Notes: generated from the sequence alone by a model not told the origin. Shown: positions 17,633-26,616, numbered from the stretch's first letter. The stretch: DNA of 33,126 nt from Capsulimonadales bacterium (GCA_033762295.1 JANRLW010000026.1:1-33126); one strand, 5' to 3'. Numbers and translations are program-made.

Positions 17633-18409
17633 ATAAACCGCGATCCGCGTTCTTTTGACCGAGGCCGGGATTTCCGGGATATGGGACCGCGCATGAACGA
17701 GCGCATCCGTGTCCGCGAGATTCTGGTGATCGATGACAATGGCGAAAAGCTGGGTGTCATGTCGCCCCGCGAGGCGCTCGATATCGCCCGTTCCAAGGGT
17801 TTGGACCTGATCGAAGTCGCGCCGCAGGCACAGCCGCCGGTCTGTCGCATCCTCGATTACGGCAAGTTCAAGTACGAACAGGGCAAGCGGGAACGAGAGG
17901 CCGCCAAGAAATCCCGTCAGTCCGAACTCAAGGGCATGACCCTGACCCCGCGTATCGACGACCATGATCTGGAAATGAAGATCAAGAACGTCGTCAAGTT
18001 CCTGTCGGACGGGGACAAGGTCAAGGTCGCCGTGCGATTCCGTTCGCGCGAAATGAGCCACCCGGAGTTCGCCCAGGCCGCCCTGGAAAAGATGGTCAGT
18101 GCGATGCTGGAGGCCGGAGTCGGTGTCGTCGAGCGTCCCCCGCTGATGGAAGGGAAGCAGATGATCATGATTCTCGCGCCGCAACGAGAAGGGGCCGCCA
18201 AGAAACCGGTGACACCGAAGCCCGCGCCCGCCGGACCGCGTCCGGTCGAGGCGCGGCCGACGACGGACGGACCCAGACCGACGACGGACGGACCCAAACC
18301 GACCGTCGATGGGGCCAAACCGACGACGGACGGACCCAGACCGATGGCGACGGAGGAGCCACGACAGGTAACCACGGCGGCCGCTTCCGCCACGCCGCCG
18401 TCGGAGTGA
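17633..18409 (+). CDS. infC: Translation initiation factor IF-3, probable ATA start, with a long Pro/Thr-rich C-terminal tail
   Basis: NERIR...LDLIEVAPQAQPPVCRILDYGKFKYEQ...GDKVKV..RFRSRE; AGGAGG 6 nt upstream of an in-frame ATA. Confidence 0.95.
   Translation: MNRDPRSFDRGRDFRDMGPRMNERIRVREILVIDDNGEKLGVMSPREALDIARSKGLDLIEVAPQAQPPVCRILDYGKFKYEQGKREREAAKKSRQSELKGMTLTPRIDDHDLEMKIKNVVKFLSDGDKVKVAVRFRSREMSHPEFAQAALEKMVSAMLEAGVGVVERPPLMEGKQMIMILAPQREGAAKKPVTPKPAPAGPRPVEARPTTDGPRPTTDGPKPTVDGAKPTTDGPRPMATEEPRQVTTAAASATPPSE
18257..18340 (+). repeat. 4 x 21-bp tandem repeat (PTTDGPR-like heptapeptide) in the IF-3 tail
   Basis: CCGACGACGGACGGACCCAGA units at 18257, 18278, 18299 (diverged) and 18320. 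Confidence 0.9.
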
Positions 18410-18443
18410 GCGAGTGTCGCCCGGCGGAAAGAAAGGGTTTGCA

Positions 18444-19328
18444 GTGACGCCGACACGCTTTTTCGGCCTCCGAAATTTCGGGGCGGTAGCCGCCGGTCTG
18501 CTTTCGATGTGCGTGGTCGGGGTTCCTTGCCGGGCGCAGGACGCGCCGGAGTCCGCCCCTCCGACGACGACCGCGCCGACCGCGACCACATCGACGCTCG
18601 CCATTACCGGGACCGCGCCCGTCCAGGCCGATCTGACCCTGCTCGCCCGAGCCATGCGCGCTTTGAGCGAGACCGCGTCGTTCTCCTACGAAGGAGATAT
18701 CGAAATCAAAGGCGTCGGCCGGGGACTGACCTTTGCCGGACGCGAACGCGTCCGGTTCAGCGCGAAACGGCCCGGCAAGGTCCGCTCGGATATTTTGATG
18801 ACCCTCGGCGATGCGCCGAAAGGCAAACGGTATATCACCGTGTCGGACGGAACCGAGGTCTGGGTCCATCGGCCCGGCACACGCGAATTCACGCGCGCGC
18901 CGCTGGACCCGGCCGAGTTCACCCGGAATCTGACCGGATTCGGCATTCTGGGCGCTCTGTACTTTAATCGTAATCTTCTGTCCGGCGTCGGTCTGATCAC
19001 GACCGAGAACGCCGCTCAGTTTACGGAACTCCTGAAAAAGGAGAACATCGATCTGTCGGGAACCTATGAGACCGTGGACGATACCGAAATGCCGGTGTTC
19101 GTTATGGCGCTCTCCCGGCAGAAAATGACGTTCCGCTTCTTCGTCGACCCGAAGCGAGCGGTACTGCGCCGTCTGGAGGTGACCGCCCATGAGAAAAACA
19201 TGGACTTCACCATGACGGAGACCGTGGTGCGGCAGAACGCCGCTCCCCTTCTGCCGAAGGGCGAGTTCAAGTTCGTACCGCCCCCGGGACATCGGAAAAC
19301 CGCGCGAATCGCGATCGAGTTGCTCTGA
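18444..19328 (+). CDS. Exported LolA-like/DUF2092-like protein
   Basis: Signal-like N-terminus; KRPGKVR, VSDGTEVWVHRP and FKFVPPPG are typical of the LolA fold; start uncertain (18414 or 18444). Confidence 0.7.
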   Translation: MTPTRFFGLRNFGAVAAGLLSMCVVGVPCRAQDAPESAPPTTTAPTATTSTLAITGTAPVQADLTLLARAMRALSETASFSYEGDIEIKGVGRGLTFAGRERVRFSAKRPGKVRSDILMTLGDAPKGKRYITVSDGTEVWVHRPGTREFTRAPLDPAEFTRNLTGFGILGALYFNRNLLSGVGLITTENAAQFTELLKKENIDLSGTYETVDDTEMPVFVMALSRQKMTFRFFVDPKRAVLRRLEVTAHEKNMDFTMTETVVRQNAAPLLPKGEFKFVPPPGHRKTARIAIELL

Positions 19329-19389
19329 GACCTCTCGGAACACCGCGAAGCCGCGCGTTCGAAATCTAACGGAAGTCAGGCCATCCATC

Positions 19390-19596
19390 ATGCCGAAGAT
19401 CAAAACGAAAAAGAGCGTGGTCAAACGCTTTCATCAGACCGCCAGCGGAAAACTGATGCACCGACATACCAGCCGCGCCCATTCCATGGTCAAGAAGTCG
19501 CCGAGCCGCAGCCGCCGACTGATCAAGGAAACCGTCATGCACCCCGGAAAAAACAAGGCGATCCACCGCCAGATTCCGAACGGCGCGAATTATTGA
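19390..19596 (+). CDS. rpmI: 50S ribosomal protein L35
   Basis: MPKIKTKKSVVKRF..TASGK; lies before rplT. Confidence 0.95.
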   Translation: MPKIKTKKSVVKRFHQTASGKLMHRHTSRAHSMVKKSPSRSRRLIKETVMHPGKNKAIHRQIPNGANY

Positions 19597-19737
19597 TTTA
19601 GCGATTGCCCGGTGTCGGGAAACAGGAACCGAATTCCTGACCGGACACGGGACACGAATCGGCTGCCGGTTCGCCCGGTTGGCCGTCGGGGATAACAGCG
19701 GGGAGACAACCCTGCGCCCGAACGAAAGGAATGAACG

Positions 19738-20094
19738 ATGCCCCGTATCAAACGCGGCGTGATGGCGCGCAAACGCCATAACAATGTCATCAAACAGGCC
19801 AAAGGCTACTTCGGTCTGAAAAAGAACGTTTTCCAGGTCGCCCATGAAGCGGTCAATAAGTCGGGCAACTACGCCTTCCGTGACCGCCGCCAGAAAAAGC
19901 GCGACTTCCGCCGACTCTGGATCACCCGAATCAGCGCGGCATGCCGCCTCGAAGGGATCAACTACTCCACCTTCATCGCCGCTCTGACCAAATCCGATAT
20001 GGAAATGGACCGCAAGGTGCTGTCCGATATCGCGATCAACGATCCCGCTGCCTTCACCGCCATCGTCAAGCAGCTGGGACTGATCCCCGCCTAA
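19738..20094 (+). CDS. rplT: 50S ribosomal protein L20
   Basis: MPRIKRG...AKGYFG...[21 protein letters not shown]. Confidence 0.98.
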   Translation: MPRIKRGVMARKRHNNVIKQAKGYFGLKKNVFQVAHEAVNKSGNYAFRDRRQKKRDFRRLWITRISAACRLEGINYSTFIAALTKSDMEMDRKVLSDIAINDPAAFTAIVKQLGLIPA

Positions 20095-20113
20095 TCGCCG
20101 ACATCGTCCGCTC

Positions 20114-20140
20114 GCCCGGACCGATTTTTTCGGTCCGGGC
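20114..20140 (+). other. 11-bp perfect hairpin between rplT and pheS
   Basis: GCCCGGACCGA-TTTTT-TCGGTCCGGGC; no U-tract after it, so possibly a stability or processing element rather than a terminator. Confidence 0.5.
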
Positions 20141-20160
20141 ATCGCCCCCTTCCACCTTCC

Positions 20161-21186
20161 ATGACCAACGAACTCACTGCGATTGAGGCGGAGGCTCTGG
20201 CAGCCATCGCCGCTGCCGACGACCTGAAAGCCCTGGAAGACGCGGATACCGCCTACCTCGGACGCAGGGCCGGAAAATTGACCGGACTGATGCGCCTGAT
20301 GGGGACGCTTCCCGCCGAGCAAAAACCCCTGTTCGGCCAGGCCTTCAACGCCGCCAAAACACGGGTCGAAACCGCGCTGGCCGAACGACGCGACCGGTTG
20401 ACCGCCGCCGAACGCGCCGAACGGGAACGCGCCGAAACGATCGATATCACCCTGCCCGGACGCGCTCGCCCGCAGGGTCGCCTCCATCCGCTCACTCTGG
20501 CGATGGAGGAGTTCAAACGCGTCATGATCGGCCTCGGTTTTGAATTTGTCGATGGCCCCGATATTGAAGACTATAAATACAACTTTGAATGGTTGAATTT
20601 TCCGCCGGATCATCCCGCCATGGACGAGCAGGACACGTTCTACCTGCGAACCGGGGATGATTCGGCGGAACGCTACCTGTTGCGAACGCAGACGACCGCG
20701 CTTCAGGGACGGTTCTTTGAAACCGGGCGCAAACCCCCGTTCCGCATCGCGACCATCGGACGCTGCTTCCGCAACGAGGACATGGACGAAACCCACTCCC
20801 ACACGTTCCATCAGGTGGACGGATTTTCGGTGGCCGAGGGCGTTTCGCTCGCCGACCTCAAAGGTGTCCTGACCGAAATCTACCGGGGTATCTTCGGACC
20901 GGATGCCGTCGTGCGCTTCCGTCCGGACTTCTTTCCGTTCGTGGAACCGGGAGTCGAGGTGGCGGTACGGTGGGTCGATCCGCGCACCGGCAACGCCCGA
21001 TGGCTCGAAATGGGCGGCGCGGGCCTGATCCATCCCAACATCCTCCGCCACGCCGGATTCGACCCGGAGAGGTACACCGGATTCGCCTTCGGTCTGGGTA
21101 TCGACCGGATGCCGATGCGCCGTTACGGCATCGACGACCTCCGGTTGTTCCTCGAAAACGACCTGCGCTTCCTGCAACAGTTCTAA
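20161..21186 (+). CDS. pheS: Phenylalanine--tRNA ligase alpha subunit
   Basis: GRLHP, HPAMDEQDTFY, LLRTQTT, FHQVDG, FFPFVEP, GFAFGLGIDR. Confidence 0.98.
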   Translation: MTNELTAIEAEALAAIAAADDLKALEDADTAYLGRRAGKLTGLMRLMGTLPAEQKPLFGQAFNAAKTRVETALAERRDRLTAAERAERERAETIDITLPGRARPQGRLHPLTLAMEEFKRVMIGLGFEFVDGPDIEDYKYNFEWLNFPPDHPAMDEQDTFYLRTGDDSAERYLLRTQTTALQGRFFETGRKPPFRIATIGRCFRNEDMDETHSHTFHQVDGFSVAEGVSLADLKGVLTEIYRGIFGPDAVVRFRPDFFPFVEPGVEVAVRWVDPRTGNARWLEMGGAGLIHPNILRHAGFDPERYTGFAFGLGIDRMPMRRYGIDDLRLFLENDLRFLQQF

Positions 21187-21200
21187 CGCCCGGACGGGAC

Positions 21201-22079
21201 TTAAATCCCGTCCAGCATCTCGCGCAGAAGGCCGTAAACGAGGGGCAGGTTTGCTTTCGGCTGCGTCGGATCGATGACATCGTGCGGCAACCCCTCCGAG
21301 GCGGCCAGGAGATGAGTTCGGACGGTCGCCCCCTGTCCCTCCCAGGCCGCTACCGCCTGCGCGGTTGCTACGTTGCTGACCGAACGATCGATCGCGTTGT
21401 TCAGAATACGGATATCGCGACAGCAGGGCGGCGTCCGGCGCGCCTTGCGGTAGACCTCCTCGCCCAGAAGCAGGGTTTCGGCCAGGTTCCTGGTGGAGAA
21501 TCTCGGGTAGGCATGCGGCGGAATATGCGCCGTCTTCGCCTGCTCGTTCCACCACTGCATATGGTTGGGCAGACGCCGGAAAATCGTGGAAAGAAAAGGA
21601 ACGCAGGCCAGCGGAACGTATTTCGGGCTGAAGAGCGGCGCGATGACGATGGCGCGGGCGATGCTCCGCTCCTGCGCGGCCCAGGCGGCATACACTCCCC
21701 CGGCGGACAATCCGGCGACCGCCACTCGCTCGCCCAGACCCTGCGCTACCGCAATCGATTCCGAGATATACCGGCGCATCGCCGGAGCGTCCAGCCTTCC
21801 CGGCAGTTCGGTCATTCGATCACGGTACCCGTGATATGGAAGGCGAGGAATCAGCACGTTCCATCCCCCGGCCTGCAGAGCGAGGCCGAACGCCTCCCAC
21901 TGCAGGGGGTTATTGGTAATCCCGTGGTACAGTACCGCCACCCGATCCGTCGGTCCGTCGTGGACGAAAAGACGGGTATGGCCGGTCGGCTGCAACGCGT
22001 CCGCCTCCTCACGGTCGAACTCTTTCGCCCGCTCACAGGCTTCGGCGAACGAAAGCGTGGTCGTCCCCTCCCTTAGCAT
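21201..22079 (-). CDS. Alpha/beta hydrolase (carboxylesterase/lipase-like)
   Basis: YHGIT oxyanion motif, PRLPYHG, GLSAGG, IDRSV, LPHD; TACACT -10 6 nt before the ATG at 22079. Confidence 0.85.
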   Translation of the reverse strand: MLREGTTTLSFAEACERAKEFDREEADALQPTGHTRLFVHDGPTDRVAVLYHGITNNPLQWEAFGLALQAGGWNVLIPRLPYHGYRDRMTELPGRLDAPAMRRYISESIAVAQGLGERVAVAGLSAGGVYAAWAAQERSIARAIVIAPLFSPKYVPLACVPFLSTIFRRLPNHMQWWNEQAKTAHIPPHAYPRFSTRNLAETLLLGEEVYRKARRTPPCCRDIRILNNAIDRSVSNVATAQAVAAWEGQGATVRTHLLAASEGLPHDVIDPTQPKANLPLVYGLLREMLDGI

Positions 22080-22154
22080 CGATCCAGTGTACCCTGTTCG
22101 CATCGATTCGTGTCGATTTGCGCCGCTCCCGGCCACGCCCTATAATGAAGGGCT

Positions 22155-23603
22155 ATGTGGGATGCAACTGCCGAGAACGAAACTTTGACCGCAACGCCGG
22201 AGCCGGAGTCCGCCCTCGCCTCAAAGGACATCGATCCCTCCGGATTCGCCGTCCTGACCTGGGGCTGCCAGATGAATGAGGACGATTCCGACCAGATTCG
22301 GAACCTGCTCGCCGCCGACGGACTGCGGGAAACATCCGATGTCAACCAGGCGAAGGTCATCGTGCTGAATACCTGCTCGGTTCGGCAGAAGCCCGAGGAC
22401 AAGGTCTTCTCCAAGCTGGGGGAGCTGGCAGAGCTGAAAAAGCGGAATCCGGATCTGGTCATCGCGGTCACCGGCTGTATGGCGCAGCGGGCCGGCAGTG
22501 AGATCGCCCGTCGCGCCCCGCATATCGATGTCATCGCCGGTACGGCGCAACTGGAGCGGATTCCCGATCTGATCCGCAAACGTCAGACCCTGCTGGAATC
22601 GGGCGAGGCGCGCCCCAACCGGGCGTCCGATGTTCTGATTCAGCTCGAACTCCCGCGCAAGAAACAGGAAGCGAACCTCTACCTTCCGGAGCGGAAACGG
22701 GTGACGACCGGCAAGCTCAAGTCGTTCGTTTCCATCATGTACGGCTGTGACAAGTTCTGCGCCTTCTGCATCGTGCCGCTGACCCGCGGCAAGGAGCGCA
22801 GTCGTCCCGCCGCCGACATCGTCGCGGAGGTGGAACATCTGGCGGCGCACGGCACGAAAGAGGTCACGCTTCTCGGGCAGACGGTGAACTCCTACGGCCT
22901 CAAAGGGCTGGAAGCCACCTGCTCGTTCGCCGAACTCCTGCGCCGGATCGATGCCGTTCCCGGGATCGAGCGCATCCGGTTTACGTCCCCCTACCCGAAG
23001 GACTTCACGGACGACGTCATCGAGGCGATTGCCTCCCTTCCGCACGTTTGTGAACAGATTCACCTGCCGGTGCAGGTGGGCGACGATCTGCTCCTGAAGC
23101 GGATGCACCGGGGCTATACGCTGGACGAGTACCGGACCATCGTTCGCAAACTCCGGACGGCGATGCCCGAGATCGTGATCACCACGGACATCATGCTCGG
23201 TTTTCCGGGCGAAACCGAGGAGCAGTTCCAAAATACGCTGGCCTTCGTCGAGGAGATGCGCTTCGATTCCGCGTTTATGTTCATCTACTCTCCGCGGGAA
23301 CCGACCCAGGCGGCGCGTCTGCCCGAACAACTGCCACAGAAGGAGAAGTCCCGCCGTCTCGATATCCTGATCGAGCGGGTCAACCGGATCGCCGTGGAAA
23401 TCAATCAGGCACAGGCGGCGGAGGGTCGCGTTTTCGAAGTGCTGGTGGAAGGACGTTCCCCGAAAAACCCCGAGGCATGGCAGGGCCTGACCCGCGGAGG
23501 GAAAACCGTTCACTTCCACGCCCATCGCGACCTGACCGGCCGGATGGTGTCGGTCCGAGCCACGGACGGGCATCTGTGGGGGTTCAAGGCCGAACTTCTC
23601 TGA
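22155..23603 (+). CDS. miaB: tRNA-2-methylthio-N6-dimethylallyladenosine synthase
   Basis: TWGCQMNE, NTCSVR, GCMAQ, radical-SAM GCDKFCAFCIVP, TRAM-like C-terminus. Confidence 0.95.
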   Translation: MWDATAENETLTATPEPESALASKDIDPSGFAVLTWGCQMNEDDSDQIRNLLAADGLRETSDVNQAKVIVLNTCSVRQKPEDKVFSKLGELAELKKRNPDLVIAVTGCMAQRAGSEIARRAPHIDVIAGTAQLERIPDLIRKRQTLLESGEARPNRASDVLIQLELPRKKQEANLYLPERKRVTTGKLKSFVSIMYGCDKFCAFCIVPLTRGKERSRPAADIVAEVEHLAAHGTKEVTLLGQTVNSYGLKGLEATCSFAELLRRIDAVPGIERIRFTSPYPKDFTDDVIEAIASLPHVCEQIHLPVQVGDDLLLKRMHRGYTLDEYRTIVRKLRTAMPEIVITTDIMLGFPGETEEQFQNTLAFVEEMRFDSAFMFIYSPREPTQAARLPEQLPQKEKSRRLDILIERVNRIAVEINQAQAAEGRVFEVLVEGRSPKNPEAWQGLTRGGKTVHFHAHRDLTGRMVSVRATDGHLWGFKAELL

Positions 23604-23863
23604 TCGGTACACCCGCGCGGTCCGGTTGTCAAACCATATTTCAACGGGGTATTCTTTCGAGCCATTTTCCCGACAATGTTGGTGGACGGTATCCGGGCAA
23701 GGATGGGTGCGAACGGATGGACGGGGCGGCAGTGACCCGAAACCTGGCGGGTACGGAGTCGGCCCAACCTCTCCTCTCGCAGGCGACCCTGTCACGACCT
23801 TCGTCTCCCCGGTGCGTCCGTCGCTCGACGAACCCTTTTCCATCGCAATCCCCCGGCTTACTC

Positions 23864-23899
23864 TTTTCGCGTTTCTGGCGTCTTTGGCGTCTTTGGCAT
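23864..23899. repeat. 4 x 9-bp imperfect tandem repeat (CTTTGGCGT)
   Basis: TTTTCGCGT TTCTGGCGT CTTTGGCGT CTTTGGCAT. Confidence 0.7.
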
Positions 23900-24139
23900 T
23901 GTCCGGCTTTCTGCGTCGGGCGACGACGTTCGCCCGGCCGTACGCACTGCCAACAGACGTTTGAAGCGGGGTTGATGGGAATCGGGTACAATATCCCATA
24001 CGGAAACACACAGATAACGATTATCTTCCCGTCCTCCCCCTGCCCCGCGATCCGATCGCGACGGACGACGTGGCGAAGCGGTGAAGCGGTTAACGGCGCC
24101 CGTCGCCGTCCGAATCAAGGAACGAGGTTAACCCCCCTT

Positions 24140-25615
24140 ATGGAACGACGTATTTTCGGTATCGAGACGGAATTCGGATGCCTGGTTCGTGATGATCGGG
24201 CCGGAACGCCGGAACGCGTCGTGGAGGAGGTAAAGAACCACTGCTTCTACCAGAAAAGGTGGGGGCTGATCGACCTGCATGCCCGGGATTACTCGTTCGA
24301 ACCGGCCCGCTCCGGTGGCTTTCTTCTGAACGGCGGTCGGTTATATATCGATGCGGTCGGCGACCATGAGGAGTACGCGACGCCGGAGTGCACGGACCTT
24401 CTGGATATCTGCCGTTACTACAAAGCCGGGCAGTGGATCGTCCAGAACCTCCTGAACGACCTCAACCTGAGCGAGCAGGCGTCGTTTCACAATAACAGCG
24501 TCGACCATTTCGGCGGCCATACCTTTGGCTGCCATGAGAACTATCTGGTCGAAATGCAGGATGAGGAGTTCTTCCGCGCGTCGTTCAACTACCTGCTTCC
24601 CTTCCTGGTCACCCGTCAGATCTTCGCCGGTGTCGGGCGGGTCGGCGGACATCGGTTAAACTTTTCGTCGATGAAAAACTCGGTGATGACGATCTCCGAT
24701 TACGATGTCGATTACCAGTGGGTCAGTAACTTCTACGGGGTCGAAATCGATCCGAGCATCGATTTTCAGCTCTCCCAGCGCGCCGACCATATCGTCAAAA
24801 CGATCTCGTCGCGCGTTCGCTTCAACCGGGCCATCATCAACCCGAAATGGGATTCCTACTACAACTTTTCCAACCTTCACCGTCTTCATATCCTCTACGG
24901 GGAGGGCAACATGAGCGATTACGCCACCTTCCTGAAGGTCGGAACCACGTCCGCCGTCCTGTCGCTCGTCGAGGAGGGGCTTCTCGGTACCGAGGTCGAG
25001 ATTCGTGATCCGCTGGAAGCGCTGCGCTCCGTTTCCCGTGACCCCACCTGGCGCTGGCTGGTGAAACGCAAAAGCGGTGGAACGATCAGCGCGATCGATT
25101 TGCAGCGGATTTACCTTGCCGCTGCCCGGAAACGATTGGCCGGCGTGGACGAGCAGACCGATCTCGTTCTGCAGGAGTGGGAAGTGACCCTCGATGCGCT
25201 GGAACGCGACCCGATGACCCTCGCCGACAAGCTCGACTGGGTCGCCAAGCGCAAAATCTACCAGGAGTACATGGCAGCCGAAGGACTCGGGTGGCACGAC
25301 GACGTGATGCAGAGCCTGGATCTGGAATATCACAACGTCAATCCCAACGAAAGCCTGTTCTACGCACTGGAGCAGAGCGGGGAAATGGTCAAACTGGTGT
25401 CCGATGCCGAAGTGGCCCGCGCTACCGTCGCGCCGCCGAGCAACACCCGCGCCGCCGCCCGCGCCGAAATCATCGCCAAACTGATCGCCTCCAAGTCGCG
25501 CGACTATGTCATCGACTGGGACCTCGTCTATCTGGCGAAGAACCGACACCTCGACCTGAAAAACCCGTTCGATACGTATCAGAAAGAAGCCGAATCCTTC
25601 TCCAAAACGATCTGA
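24140..25615 (+). CDS. PafA/Dop family (Pup-ligase-like, proteasome accessory factor) protein
   Basis: RIFGIETEFG, FLLNGGRLYID, HEEYATPEC, GCHENY, PFLVTRQI, SQRADH, RLHI, LDWVAK, LDLEYH, PPSNTRA. Confidence 0.93.
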   Translation: MERRIFGIETEFGCLVRDDRAGTPERVVEEVKNHCFYQKRWGLIDLHARDYSFEPARSGGFLLNGGRLYIDAVGDHEEYATPECTDLLDICRYYKAGQWIVQNLLNDLNLSEQASFHNNSVDHFGGHTFGCHENYLVEMQDEEFFRASFNYLLPFLVTRQIFAGVGRVGGHRLNFSSMKNSVMTISDYDVDYQWVSNFYGVEIDPSIDFQLSQRADHIVKTISSRVRFNRAIINPKWDSYYNFSNLHRLHILYGEGNMSDYATFLKVGTTSAVLSLVEEGLLGTEVEIRDPLEALRSVSRDPTWRWLVKRKSGGTISAIDLQRIYLAAARKRLAGVDEQTDLVLQEWEVTLDALERDPMTLADKLDWVAKRKIYQEYMAAEGLGWHDDVMQSLDLEYHNVNPNESLFYALEQSGEMVKLVSDAEVARATVAPPSNTRAAARAEIIAKLIASKSRDYVIDWDLVYLAKNRHLDLKNPFDTYQKEAESFSKTI

Positions 25616-25759
25616 ACATCCGGTCGGGGAACCGGCGAAATGAAATCCCCGCTTCCTTTGTCGAACCTTTTTGAAACCCGCCCGTAGCGAATGGGCGTAT
25701 AATAGGTGGCCAACAGGCTTGTCGTAAGCCAACCGGCATGGAAAGCGGAGGGTACCAGG

Positions 25760-26233
25760 TTGACCAATCGGGATAGTCTTTCAGAGGCCGACTGGGAATT
25801 GCTTCAGCGGACGGTCGAAGCCGTCACGGACGCGGTGATGGTCGCGCATCCGGGCGGGACCTTATCCGAGGTGTTTGCCGTGTTTCGGGGTTGGACCGAG
25901 GCCACGCAGATGTTCGAAGGCAATCCCTTCGTTCAGGAACTGCTGCTGGTCGCCCCGGACGAACTGCGGGAACGTAACGAGGCGTCTCAGGACGAATTCG
26001 AACGTTCCGCCGAGGATATCGTCAACGATGCGGCGGATCTTTGTCGCCGGTCCGTTGCCTTGCTCAACTCGAAGAATCCGGAAGACACCGAAACCTTCCG
26101 ACGGGTGGTTCTGTTTCTGGGCGAAAAGGTCGCCCGCGCTTCCGTGGAGGGCGGATTTTTCGGCATCGGCGGGAAGCGCATCAGCGATGAGGAAAATCAG
26201 GTTCTGGAACGGATCGCCGCCGCCCTCGAATAA
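25760..26233 (+). CDS. Hypothetical helical protein
   Basis: GGAGG RBS before a TTG at 25760; TATAAT at 25698; C-terminal VARASVEGGFFGIGGKRISDEE looks like a conserved motif. Confidence 0.7.
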   Translation: MTNRDSLSEADWELLQRTVEAVTDAVMVAHPGGTLSEVFAVFRGWTEATQMFEGNPFVQELLLVAPDELRERNEASQDEFERSAEDIVNDAADLCRRSVALLNSKNPEDTETFRRVVLFLGEKVARASVEGGFFGIGGKRISDEENQVLERIAAALE

Positions 26234-26247
26234 CCTTTGCCGGTGGT

Positions 26248-26280
26248 GCGGCCGCCGGGATCGGCGGCCGCTATCGTTTT
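26248..26280 (+). terminator. GC-rich hairpin between convergent genes
   Basis: GCGGCCGCCG-GGAT-CGGCGGCCGC followed by TATCGTTTT. Confidence 0.55.
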
Positions 26281-26286
26281 CATGCC

Positions 26287-26514
26287 CTAATTGGTGGTAG
26301 CCGTCGCTCCGTTGTTCATCGCGCCGGCCGGGGCGGACTGCGCTCCCCCGCTACGGGACCCGTACTTTCCGGGTGGGTTCAGGTGCGTCGCCCGATCGGG
26401 CTGAACGAACAGATTGTAAGCGAGAACCAGCATGGCGGCAAGTGCCATCACCACGATCGAGGCCACGACGAGCGGACTGTTATTCGGTTCTTCACGAGTC
26501 GTTACGGATGCCAT
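26287..26514 (-). CDS. Small single-pass membrane protein
   Basis: GGAGG RBS, TATACT -10 at 26562-26567, one hydrophobic helix. Confidence 0.7.
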   Translation of the reverse strand: MASVTTREEPNNSPLVVASIVVMALAAMLVLAYNLFVQPDRATHLNPPGKYGSRSGGAQSAPAGAMNNGATATTN

Positions 26515-26616
26515 TCATTCCTCCTGCCGTTCCCTCCCTGTCGGGACGTTTCGGCACTCTTAGTATACAACGGATGACATAGGGCGCAGGTTCGTCGCCC
26601 CGCTTCGCTTCGCGCA

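Noticed and set aside
18257..18340. Tandem repeats as a possible CRISPR array (also 15026-15150)
   Set aside because: No spacers, the units are in-frame coding repeats, and there are no cas genes
23477..24139. 221-aa N-terminal extension of the PafA-like ORF in the ORF track
   Set aside because: Overlaps miaB and is not protein-like; family similarity begins at MERRIFGIETE (24140)
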